A stretch of DNA of 21,474 bases, taken from contig JAWQFM010000025.1 of assembly GCA_033442325.1 (NCBI GenBank), positions 1,053,147 through 1,074,620 on the forward strand. Direction: 5' to 3'. How positions within the stretch are numbered: position 1 is the stretch's first letter; each line of letters starts with the position of its first letter. The DNA comes from Salpingoeca rosetta (taxonomy: Eukaryota; Protista; Choanoflagellata). This document shows positions 1 to 11,637 of the stretch, piece by piece. Under the pieces are notes generated by a model. That model was not told the DNA's origin and searched no databases. It saw only the letters and a program-made list of their open reading frames with translations. Made by a program: the position numbers and the translations under genes.

Positions 1-37
<37 letters not shown>
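1..37. repeat. (AC)n microsatellite, truncated by window start
   Basis: Perfect AC dinucleotide run read directly. Confidence 0.97.
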
Positions 38-38
<1 letters not shown>

Positions 39-375
39 CTGTGTTCCAGCTGTGTGGAGGATCCTGCGGTCACTCCCTGATAAGGTGAGAGAGATGAGGC
101 GCAGACGCGTTGTGTTTATGTGTGAGGAGTTCTTCAAGTCCCTCTCCACCCAAGTGCACACAGGGTGAGGGAGCGATTCATTGGGACAGGGAGTTGTGGA
201 GTGAGTGTGCCGACGTTCGTGGTGTAGTGTGTGCGTTGCTCGCTGGTTCTCATGTCCATTCACCCACTCTCTCCATCTGCCAACTCGTGTGTCATGACTG
301 TGTTATTGCTGCCTGCAACCCCTGCGGGAGTCTGCCAGGATCAACCCGTTAAGGGGCGACAAGTTTTGGAAGGTG

Positions 376-378
<3 letters not shown>

Positions 379-437
<59 letters not shown>
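379..437. repeat. (GT)n microsatellite
   Basis: Perfect GT run of ~59 bp. It sits between GTGAG (373) and TGCAG (440), which resemble intron ends. Confidence 0.97.
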
Positions 438-440
<3 letters not shown>

Positions 441-688
441 GGGATCGTGTGCAGGGGTGCGAATCAGCGCGGTCACCTCACAGCATCTCGCTGCCATCAC
501 CAACACCTTCATGCGCACACACACACGCAAATGCTCGCAGGGGAAAGATGCAAGTGGAAGGGCTGGCGTACCACACGCCCAATGAGACGCCACACGATGT
601 GATGCAGGAGTCTGTATGGTGCAACACCCCCGCCCACCGACGAAAGGCGGCCAAGGATAATGCACCCATGTGATGTGTTTGCGACGAC

Positions 689-751
689 GATGAGGATGAG
701 GATGAGGAGGAGGAGGAGGAGGAGGAGGAGGAGGAGGAGGAGGAGGAGGAG
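689..751. repeat. (GATGAG)n/(GAG)16 trinucleotide repeat
   Basis: GATGAG units followed by 16 perfect GAG units at 704-751. Confidence 0.95.
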
Positions 752-877
752 GAAGATGTCTAACAGCGTGACCAAGATCAGCTTTGTCACTAGTTCAATA
801 GTTCAGCCCACCTGTGTGTGGTTCCTCTGCGTCAGTACATGGAAGTAAACGCGTTGAGATGACACGATGTCAGCCAG

Positions 878-880
<3 letters not shown>

Positions 881-935
<55 letters not shown>
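881..935. repeat. (GT)n microsatellite
   Basis: Perfect GT run of ~55 bp. Confidence 0.97.
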
Positions 936-937
<2 letters not shown>

Positions 938-1166
938 GCAAAGCAACGCTGCAGTCAAGCAACAAGAGAGAGAGGAGATGAGCCAACACACGCCACCACC
1001 TCTTCACCCCACGAAGTGGAAGCAAGCAAGTCAGCTTAGCAAGCAAAGAAGAAGAGAAGAAGTAAACCGAACCAAGCCAAACCAAGGGGGAAGAGGGAAG
1101 TGAAGGAGAGACAGCAAGCACAGCAGCACCACAGCAGCAACCACAGCAGGCCCATATGGGAGAGAG

Positions 1167-1175
1167 AAAAAAAAA
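1167..1175 (-). terminator. RNA polymerase III oligo-T terminator of the 5S gene
   Basis: A9 on the + strand is T9 on the - strand, a few nt downstream of the 5S 3' end. Confidence 0.85.
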
Positions 1176-1180
1176 GAAGG

Positions 1181-1300
1181 GGAGCAACATCACCCGTGAT
1201 TCCCGCCTGGTCACCCACGGCAGTACTGAACGGGCCCAAACGGGCTTAGCTTCCGCGATCGGACGAGAGCGGGCGTGATCCCGTTGGTGTGAACGTTGCC
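1181..1300 (-). rRNA. 5S ribosomal RNA
   Basis: Reverse complement reads GGCAACGTTCACACCAACGGGATCACGCCCGCTCTCGTCCGATCGCGGAAGCTAAGCCCGTTTGGGCCCGTTCAGTACTGCCGTGGGTGACCAGGCGGGAATCACGGGTGATGTTGCTCC (120 nt). The terminal helix GGCAACGTT/GATGTTGCT, loop C TCTCGTCCGATC, AGCTAAGC at +50, AGTA/GAA loop E and TGGGTGACCA hairpin all match eukaryotic 5S. Confidence 0.96.
1204..1251 (-). promoter_or_regulatory. 5S internal control region (type 1 Pol III promoter: box A, intermediate element, box C)
   Basis: Box A-like AGCTAAGC begins exactly at +50. Box C-like GTGGGTGACC lies within +80 to +97. Confidence 0.8.
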
Positions 1301-1321
1301 GACAATAGTGCAAGACAAGCC

Positions 1322-1330
1322 ATTTATCAA
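1322..1330 (-). promoter_or_regulatory. TATA-like upstream element of the 5S gene
   Basis: TTGATAAAT at -30 to -22 and C at -1 relative to the 5S start. This matches the position of upstream elements known for fungal and plant 5S genes. Confidence 0.45.
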
Positions 1331-4300
1331 GGCAGAGCCAGCAAGAAGAGGAAGAGGAAAATCGCACACACACCAAAAAACCCAGAAACGAGCAGAAACG
1401 AGCAAACAACCGATTCTGCTTTCCAACCAACCAACCAACCAATCCACTCGCCGTTGCTTCATTCTTCTTCTTCTGGGCAGCAGCTGGTGTGTGTGTGTGA
1501 TGGTGGTTGGAATGGTGATGGTGACCATGGTCGTCGTCGCTGCTGACAGGCAGGTGAGGTGAGGTGAAGTGAGGGGAGGTGGGGTGAGGTGATGTGAGGT
1601 GAGGAGGTGGGAACGTGTCATTGGTTCGTGCACACACACACATTAGTGGTTGTGCGTGCCACGTTCCTTCCTTCCTTGCCTTCCTTCTCTTCCCTTCGTC
1701 GTCCTTCTCGCTGACGCATTCACACACGCACATGTGCAGGGAGAGTGTGCGCACCGTATCTCCCCTTCTCCCTTCCATCCATCCATCCATCCATCGTTGT
1801 CCATTTCCTTCTCCTGTGATGAACCACTCACAACCAACCAACCAACCAACGACCACATGAATGACCCATCCATCGACAGGTGAGGGTGAGATTGAGTGCA
1901 CCCACTTCCTTCTCTCACTCCGTGCTCCTCCTCTTCCCCTTCTCCTCCTTGCACACTGCGCATAGCAACAACCACCAACACCACCATCAAGAACAACAAC
2001 AACACAGCGCACGCTGTCATCGTGCACACACAGCCACACACACACACTTATGTGGACCATCATCCATCAATCCATCCACGCATGGGTGGGTGGATCACAA
2101 CCAACACACCACTGCGTGTGGCACTCACAAATGCACATACTCACACTCACACACTTGCTCACCGTTGTGTGGTGACAGAACAACGACTGCCATCAGCCAC
2201 CGTCGTGCAGGGGCGGCCCTGAGAATGGATCATGCAACCTCTCAACCAGTGAGCAGCACACACATGGGAGAGAGGGGGAAATGACATCAACCAACATCAC
2301 AGCCAATGTATGTGTGTGTGCACGGGGTTGTGTTTCTGCTCATCCTCCCCCTTCTTTCTCCTCCTTTCTGTCTGTGACACGCTGGTCACTGTTGTTGTTG
2401 TTGCTTGCTCGTTTGTGGTCGTGCGTGCAGATGAATATATTCCATCATCATCATCAGCAGCAGCAGCAACAGGTGCTGGCTGATGCGTGAGGCAGTGGGC
2501 AACCCTCACCAACCATGCTGATGGATGAATGGTAATCCAACCACTGCATCACCCAGACAGGTGTGTATGGTGTGTGTGTGTATGTGTGTGTGTGTGTCTC
2601 GACGTGCGTGTTCTCTTCTCCACCCACCACACACGCCATCATCACCGCCTCCTCATTTTCTTGTGTGTTTGCTCACACCCTTCCCTCTTCCCATCATCAC
2701 ACCACCCTCCACGCTTGTTTTTCTTTCTTTTCGGCTTGTCGCCACACACAGAGGGCACTTGAGCCAGCAGCTGTCACCCCCTCCTGCACCGAGCACCACT
2801 GCTCTGGTGGGATGAACAGACGGGCGCTGCCATGTGATGACCATCCAGCCACGCTGTATGCGGCTGCGGAAACAGCAACACTAACAATACACCACAAACA
2901 AGCAAGCAATGAGCAACGTGAGTGCATCTCTGCACATGCATGCGTGTGTATGCTGCGCACCGCACCAGTGTGCGTGTCTGTGATCGTTGTCTCTGCTGCT
3001 CCTGTCTCCCCTTGTTGTCCCACATCAATGTGTACATGTGTGTGGTGCGGCTGCCTGTTTTGCCTTGCTTGATGCGCTGTCTCATTCTTCGTTCACACAC
3101 ACAACTGGCTGCACACCTGAACATTCTCCACCTTGCAGCCACTGCTCGTCTTTCCCGCTCTTTCTCGCCCTCCCTGGCAGCCATCACAACAACAGCAGCA
3201 GCAGCAGCAGCCAACACACCCTCCACCGCCGATGCAGCAGCAGCAGAGAATGCACCACCACCATCACTTGCTGCTGAACACATTTCCCAGCCAACCAACC
3301 AACCAACCCATCGCCCGCTGCTGCTGGCGGAAGCTGGCTGTTTGCTGCTGGGAACAGGTAGCGACAGCACAAGTTGGAAGCAGCAGCAAGCAGAGGTGAG
3401 GGCAAGAAGAAGAGGGAAATGGAGGGGAGATGTGATGGATGGATGGGATGAGGTGAGGTGGGGTGGGGGATGCTGGATGAGTGTGGTGTGGTGTGGTGTG
3501 GCTGGCTGATGACAGAGGACGATGGTGTGTGGTGGTGTGAGGAAGAGGGATGGATGGATGGAATGGGGTGCAGCATGTCTTGTTCCTTCCCTTCTGTTTT
3601 CTGTTTTCTCTCTCTTCCCTTTCTTCTTCACACACATGCATGCACAACAGCAGCGGTGGCAGCAGCAGTGTAGCTGCGCACATATTCATACTCCCTCTTT
3701 CCCTCCCACTCACTCACCATGCTGGTGCTCGCACACAAACACACTTACAGGTGATGCACACGCACAGGCAGGATGAGGGAAATGTCGAGGATCCTTGTCA
3801 CGCGTGCCAGCTGCACTTGCCTCACACATGGTATGTGGGTGGTGATGGGCGGTTGGTTGGTGGTGTGATAGGGTGCGGTGATGGGGTGTGGTGAAGCGAA
3901 CAAGAGGAAGGGGGTTGATGGGGATGATGGTCACACACTGACACACGCACACATACACACACACGCACAAGTGGTGCGTGTGATGTCACTCACTCGTTCT
4001 GCTGTGCTGACGTGATGGCTTGCTCTGTGCCTGTTGCGTTCTGTACCCAACCACGCCCCCTGCAACCACGCACACACACACATGCACATATGCTCAGGTG
4101 GTGAGGAACAAGCACTCATCAGGATGTTGATGGATGTGGGCTAGCATGCCGGGCTGCTGCTGCTGCAACTTCCCCGATTCGGCTGCTGCTGCATCTGATT
4201 CAGCTGCCGCTGTTGTGCTCATGCAGGGTTCCCAATATGCGTGAGCAAGGTGAGCCCATTCATGGATGCTTTGNNNNNNNNNNNNNNNNNNNNNNNNNNN

Positions 4301-7300
4301 NNNNNNNNNNNNNNNNNNNNNNNNNNNNNNNNNNNNNNNNNNNNNNNNNNNNNNNNNNNNNNNNNNNNNNNNNNNNNNNNNNNNNNNNNNNNNNNNNNNG
4401 CAGGGATGGCTGCCTGAGGATCGTTGGAGGGATGATGGGCGGTGCACACATGATGGGTTGGGAGCAGCAGCTGTGGACACACACGTCCATGGTCATGGTG
4501 GGCACATCCAACCACAGCGACGCAGTCATGTGCAGCAGGTGTGTGTGTGTCATGGAGTGCGGAGGGGGAAAGCAGAGGAGGGGACGGAAGGTGAACACGT
4601 CTGCTGCGCTCACATGCCATGCCTGTGCCTTTGTGTGATGATATCGTTGTATCTTGTCGTTGTGTGTTGGTTGCATGGACACCAGGGCCACATCAGAGGA
4701 GGGGAAAGCAGCCGCCATGAACGACCCATCATCATCAACCTTCTCCATTTCTCTCTCCTTTCTCTCTCTTCCACCGCAGCTCCGCTGTCACCATCACCGT
4801 CATCATCGCCATCGACTGCACAGCCGCCATCAACCGGCCGACACCAGCCCCAATCTGGCGTGAGGAAGACATTGCACATGTCAGCCGCTCTGACGAAGAG
4901 GTGAGCATGTGTGTGTGCGTGCGTGTGGTGGTGGGGACAACATGTGTGCGTGTGGTTGTGTGTCAATGCGGGTGGTTGGATGGGGCTGGCGTGTGGTTGA
5001 TGATGCTTCGCTGTCAACCTCACCCCCCCTGCATTCTCCTCTTCTTGTGTCTGTACACACACACACGTTTCACAGCGTTGAGGAGGTGCATGAAGCGGTG
5101 GAACCAACGACGATGACGATGATGACGAGTGATGAAGGTGAGAGGGGCGACTTAGATGTGTATGTGTGTGTGTGTTGGTTGACATGTTGTGTTCCTCCTT
5201 CGCCTCCCTCTTTCCTTGTCTGTTCTGTCCACTCATGTGTCTTTTCTTCTTCTCCCTTTTTCGCTTGATTGTGACACAGTACCATGCATCCGTCTCCATC
5301 TATCCAACCGACCAAGCAAGCAGCCGAGCGAGCGAGCAAATGGACACGGCGTGGCAAGGGGCCGTTTGTTTTCACCGTTTTCACCACCAACAGCAGCACC
5401 AACACAGCTAATGTGGCTGCATTGTGGATGAGCGTGCTTCTTCCGTCTCTCGTCTATCTCCTCCTCGACCTCGTCGTCGTCATCATTTGTCAGTAGCAGC
5501 TTCGACCGTGGATGTGGAGGTGAGATGAATGGCGGTGGTTGTGGTGGTGACGTGGTGGTGTATGATGTGTTGGGTGTGAACATCAGCATGTATGTGTGTG
5601 ATTGTGCGGTGCTGGTTGGATGTCGTTGGGTCTGTTGGTGGTGGCAATGGGTGTTGTTGTCGTTGATAACCTGATTCTGTGACAACTCACCTCTTTCTCC
5701 ACGCATATACATGCAGGGGGTAATGTGCGTCGATGTGCCGTTGCCTCACATGACGATGACGATGATGGTGGTGAGTGGTTTGTGGTGGATGTACACGGCG
5801 CACGCACACGCATGCGCAGGCGTGATGCTTGTGGCGGTGGTGATGTGGTGTCTGTGTGGGGATGTGACATGTGCGTGCACAGGTGGTGATGTGGGTGATG
5901 CGAATGTGGCACAAGGAGGTGGATGTGCTTTGTTTCTGCCATGCTGGCTCACTGTGTGGTGTGATTCTTGCTGATTTGTTGTTTGTGCTTGCGCATGTGC
6001 ACATGTGTGTGATTTGCACAGGACGGTGGCCGTTCTCTTCCCAAGCCCTCATGACACGAGCAGGGCGATACACGCACACACAATTGTGCGAGAGAAGAAG
6101 GCACAAGATGAGACGTTGGCTGTGTGTGTGTGTGTGTGATGGGGTGGTAGTACACATTCACACGCACGTACGCACGCTTGTACACGCATCTACACATGCA
6201 TGCCAACACACCAGAGCAGACATTGGCTGTAGGGTGGTTGCACTGACGTGTGTCTCACATGAATCAATCACACAATTCAATGTGTGCGTGTGCGTGGCTG
6301 CAGGCGGACATGTGCGGGTTTTCCCAACCGAATCCCCTTCCTCCTTTCCCAACCAATCGCCTTTGCTCTGTGTCATCATCATCATCAACCTTCCCCATGT
6401 GATGTGGAACTGTTGAGGCGTGATCGAGACAGCGGCCAACACAGGTATTTCAGCAGCAGTGGTGGATGTGGTGGATGTGATATCGTGTGCCTGGTTGCTT
6501 GCTTGTTGGGTGCTTGCTTCGTTGTTCTCGTGTGTATCTGGTGCACCCGCCCACAACATGCTGCATATTCCCATGCGTGGTCCCTTGTGTCTCTCCTTTG
6601 GTGTCCTCACCATCACCGGTCATTGTTCGTCTCTGGTTGGTTTCTCCTTGCCTCACAGGCAGGCAGACATCTTGCTGTCGCTGCTGGGGGTGGTGGTGCT
6701 GTGATGATGGCCGTGCGTGTGCGTGTGCTGTGCAGCGTGTTTGGGGCTGCACCGATGAGGACAAGGAAGGACACGGCTCGTGCCCACCACTCTTCCCCTT
6801 CATCTCCTCTTTCTGCTCCATCAGCGATGATGATGGTGGCCGTGGCATGTGATTGGGGTTCCCTCGTTTTGGGTTCGCTGTGGCACATTGGCTGGCTGGC
6901 TGGCTGGCTGCATCAAGCACAGGTGAGGATGATCGTTGGCGGTTGGTTGGTTGGTGGGCTGTGTTGTGTCGAGGGGTGGGAAGCAGGGGGAGGGGAAGTG
7001 ACACGGTGATGGTGGTGGTGATGGCGGTGGTGGTGCGATGTGGGAGTGCAGAGCGAAAGGAGGGAGGGAAGGGAAGTTATAGGAGGGCGATGATGTTGGT
7101 TGGGGGATAGCGGTGTGTGTGCACATGCACGTGAATGGTGTGGTGGTGGTATCACATGACAGTGACACACATATCAGTGGCTCATTCCTTTTCCTTGCAC
7201 CTGTGTGCGTGTGATTGTGATTGTGATGATGATGATGATGATGACTGCAGGAAGCAGCACACGGCGGTGGATGCCGGATTGGATTGGCTGGGGTTGACTG

Positions 7301-10300
7301 GCCGTCGTGTCATGTCGCCCATTTCTCTCCCTCCCCTTGCTCATCTCAACCGGGAACACATATTCACACGATGTGTGCGTGTGTGCGTGTACATCGCCAT
7401 CAACCACGCCGACTGCAACACGATGCACGAGGTGAGGGCACGCAATGGTGTGCGTGTTTTTGGTGGAAGGGGGTTGAGGGGAAGAGCGAGGAAGGCATTC
7501 ATCATGGCCACCATCACCACCACGGCTGTGTACCTGGTCATGTGACCGTGCATTTGGGGGGTGGAGATGGGGGAGATGTTGTCGTTGTGGTGGTTGTGGT
7601 GGTTGTGGTTGCATTGCTGTGCATGCGTGTGCATGGTGCGCTGTCTCACTCTACAATGCCATGTGTGACACCGTGTGTGTGTGCGACTGCAGATGTGCGT
7701 GCGCGTGTGCGCATATATCAGGCAGATGCGTTGATCGACGATGAGGTGTGTGTGTGTGTGGTTGTGGTTGACCTTTGTGTTCTTGTGCCATCACACACAA
7801 CACACAACCAACCACGTCATCATCATTGCACCCCCATGTGTTGTTATTGTCCACTCATGCATGGCATGCTCACATCCACCCCCTCCCCTTGCTTCTTCTC
7901 CTTCCTCCTCCTTTCTGCTGCTGCCACCCCTTCCACTGTTTCCCTCCACCCCTTTCCACACGCAGAGAGAGGAACCCATCCACGCCCACATCCAACACCC
8001 CCAGCACCACGCATGGACACGCCATGGCGAGCTGTGCCACCTCAACCAACCCAACTCAACCCAACCCAAGGAAAGGAAGGAGGGAAGCAAGGACACAAGA
8101 CGTTATGCTCCCAACAGATGTGTGCGTGTTGATGGACGGTGTTCTCCTTTCCCTCCTCCATCGCCTCGCCTCTTTCTTCCATGGCAATCTGGCTGGGTGG
8201 CTGTTGCCTTGTTTGTTTTCTCTTCCAGCCCTTTGTGGCTGTTGGTTGTCTGTTGTGGCTGTGAGAAGGAGGAGGAGCAGGAAGCGAAGAAGAGAGGAGA
8301 GGAGAGGGGGCGCATGCTGTCCACAGCTGTGTGTGTGTGTGTGTGTGTGCTGTTTCTTCTTCTTTTCCATCCCCCCCCCCTTTCTTGTCCCCTTCTCCCT
8401 TCCCTCCTCAGCCTGCAAGGCCTGTGAGCCTGCGTTGCATTCACACACACACAGTGCTGTTCCCCTTTCCCCCTCGTTCTTCTCCTTCTTGTCTCATTGA
8501 ATACAACCAACCAACCAACCAACCAACCAACCAAGCAAAGCAAGCAAGTCCGCCCTTCAACAAGCAAAAGCAAACAGCAGTTGCCGCACAAACGCAGCAG
8601 TGGGCGATTATTTGTGGCATCTTCCACAAATCGCCCAAACACGAACCAACAAGACCAACACAAACAAACAGCAACAAGCAACAGACGAAACGCGAATCAA
8701 GGTGCGTGTGTGTGTGCTTGAGTGGGAGATGGTGGGTTGCGTTGTTCGTGTGCGTGGCTGGCACAGTGTTGGTGGAGAGGAGGGAGAGGGTGCGCGCTGT
8801 GACGGGCACTCACTGGCGGTCCTGTTGTGGGTGGTTTCGTTTGGTTCCGTGGATTGTGTGGGGTGTGGTGGGTGATGGTGTGATGGTGAACAGGTGCAAG
8901 CAGAAAACACGCACAGCACCGACCACACCATGGATGTGTGCAGGGCCAAAGGCATGCAAGGCGTTGCCCACGGTCGGTGAGGCTGACATATGTACTGCAC
9001 AGGCTCATGGCACGCCGGCACCGTGAGTTTGGGTGAGTTCTGTCAATTGGTTTGACTGCTGTGTGGGGTGTGTGTTTGTGAAGGAGGGAGAGGTGGGACG
9101 TGGCTGTGGTGGGTGTTGTGATCTCACACGCACTCCTGCTGCTGTGGATGCATTTGGATCACACGCAGACAGAAAGGGATGATGGACTGCATCGACGCAC
9201 ACACACACGTGTGTGTGTAAATACACATGCATGCTGACAGACACGCAGCAGTCTGATGCCACCTCACAGTGCGTTGCACTTGCATATGAAGGTGTGATTG
9301 TGACTGTGACTGTGACTGTGTGCATGTCGCTCATGCTGTGTCTGCTTGTAATTCACACAGTGTGTGTGTGTGTGGTGGCTGCCTGCTTCCCTCTGTCTCA
9401 CACGCATGTGTGTGTTTGGATGGTGACACACGCAAACACACACACAGTGGGTGGGTGTGCAGACACACATCCCCACACAGGCCAGCCAAGGCAGGCAGGC
9501 ACGGTAGGGCACACTCTGCCTTCTCTCCCTCTGCTGCTGCTGCCACCACCACCGCTGCGTGCATGGACTAGTGGATGCAAGGGGTGTTGGATGATGCTGG
9601 CTGGCTGATGTCCTTCCCTTGGTGCGTGTGTGTGTGTGTGTGTTGTGCTGCTGCTGCTCTTGTTTCCCCTGTTTGTGTCTGCTGTGTCTGCTGTGCGATG
9701 CTGCTTCTCTGTGCTTGTGTGATCGTGTGTGTGTGTGTGTGTGTGTGTTCACCATACCCACGTCGTGTGCGCCCATCACCATCGTCTGTGCTCGCGCACC
9801 TCCCACCTCTCCCTTTCTTCTTCTTCTGCTCCATTCCCTCTTCCCTCTTTGTCATCCCCACACGCACATGCACATGCACACATGGATGCTTGTGCGGGGG
9901 AAGTGCAGGCTGTTTGTTGGAACCCATGACATGACACGCACAACCAAGCAAGGACACACGAGCAAGCAAGGACACAGGACAAGCAAGCAAGACGTGGGGC
10001 TGCCCATAGACCACGCACCTCGTTGGAGAAGGAGGGGAGCGTGAGCGGGTGGTGTTGATTGTGTTGTGTTGTGTTGTTGTGTCGTGTTGTTGTTGACAGC
10101 GTGCACGTCTCTCTCCTTGTATCCTTCTGCCTTCCTCCCGTCCCTTTCCCTTTCTCTCTCTGTTCTCTCTTGCCACAGCATGCACACTGCTGCTGCTGTT
10201 GTTGTTGTTATTGGCTGAAGGTGATGATGGCGGTTGATGGGGGAGTGAAGCGGTGTGACGCTGCATGCAGCTGTCGCTTTTTGTGTGTGTTGCTTGCAGT

Positions 10301-11300
10301 TGATATGGGGATACTTTCTCGTTTATTCCTGCCACGTGCGTGTGTGTGTTTGCTTGCTGTCGTGTTGCTGAAGTGAAGTGGAAATATACAATGCAACACG
10401 CATGTGCAGCTGTGTGTGTCGTGTGATGCTGGTGCTGGTGTGGATGGTTGTTGATGGTTGCGGTGAAGTCAACACAGTGTGTGTTGCTTGTGATGTGACT
10501 TGGGTTAGTGGTGAGCTGGGCGTGTGGCTGTGGAGTGGGTGTTGCACGCAGGTGAGGACAGCAGCAGCAGCAGTGAACGAGGGAGTGGGGGCAAGGATGA
10601 AGCGAGTGATGATTGCAGCGACTGGTGATGGTGGATGTGAACAGGGCTGATGGTGAAGAAGGCGGCAGTGTGGGCTTGATGGGTTTATGATGTGTTGTAA
10701 CACATGCAGCATGAAACATGAACGAGGCAGGAAAGGGAAGTGAAGGGGAAGGAGTGGCGGCACAAAGTAGTGAACATGGACAAGGGAAGGCATGCAAGCG
10801 CATGGAAACAACAACAGCAGTGGCAAGAATTGAAACAAGACAGAAAGGGTGGTGGAACGCAGGTGAAATGGACAAACCAGGCTTGTGGTGACAAGGTGGC
10901 GACAGAAAGGGACGAAGGCAAGCATGAATGCACACAGCGGTTGGCTGTGTTGTGGTGCTGTGTTGCGTGAAGTGAAGTGAAGGACGAGTGATGTTGTGTG
11001 GAGAGGTGCTGTGTGGTGGTGAGTGGATAGAAGAGAGGGAGAGCCAAGGGTGAATGAAGCATGTGGCAGCAAGAGCAAAGCAACAATGCAACACATGGAA
11101 TGTGGAAAGGCAAAGGGAAGAGGGAAAGGCGCAAGTGAGTGAAGGGTGAGACAAAGGGACAAAGCGGCACATGCATGTGTGTGTTGTGTTGTGTGTTGTG
11201 GCGGTGGAGCAAAGGAAGCAGGAGCACAAATATTGAAGCAGTAGCAAGCATGCACGAAGAGAGAAGGTAAAGTGGGAAGAGAAGAAGGCGATCGCAGCGA
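1331..11300. other. Low-complexity non-coding region (probable rDNA intergenic spacer), a mosaic of short simple repeats
   Basis: Short CA/TG, CCAA/TTGG, CCAT/ATGG, CAG, GAT and GTGAG/GTGAA arrays throughout. No ORF has protein-like composition. Lies between the 5S gene and the Pol I unit. Confidence 0.55.
4274..4399. other. Assembly gap
   Basis: Run of N. Confidence 1.
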
Positions 11301-11637
11301 GCTTCTTACACACCTGAACATATCGCTGCTGGGGACGAGAGAGAGGAAGCGCAGGTGATGTTGGAGAGTGAATCCAAGAAGCGAGGCGATGCTGTCGAGT
11401 GAAGTGGAGTGAAGTGAAGTGGTGAGCGGAGTGACAGAGCGGTGAGTGAGTGAATGTGAGGATTGATGAGGGGTCGATTGCAGGTACGTGCAGGCATGGT
11501 GGGTGATGCTGTGACACAGTGGCGAGTGAGTGGAGGAGTGTTGTGAAGTGAACAAGGTGGAAGCAAGGGAAGTTGTGGGTGCTTGCGAGCAACACGCACA
11601 GAGCAAGCAAGCGTACGCATGAAGTGTCTGCAGCGAA

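Noticed and set aside
870-2063. 397-aa minus-strand ORF
   Set aside because: It runs through the 5S gene and simple repeats (HTHT, VC, WMDG) and has no protein-like composition.
2922-3509. Ala/Gln-rich ORFs around CAG repeats
   Set aside because: Multiple overlapping frames on both strands are open and composition is dictated by CAG/CCAA/ATGG repeats. No recognisable domain.
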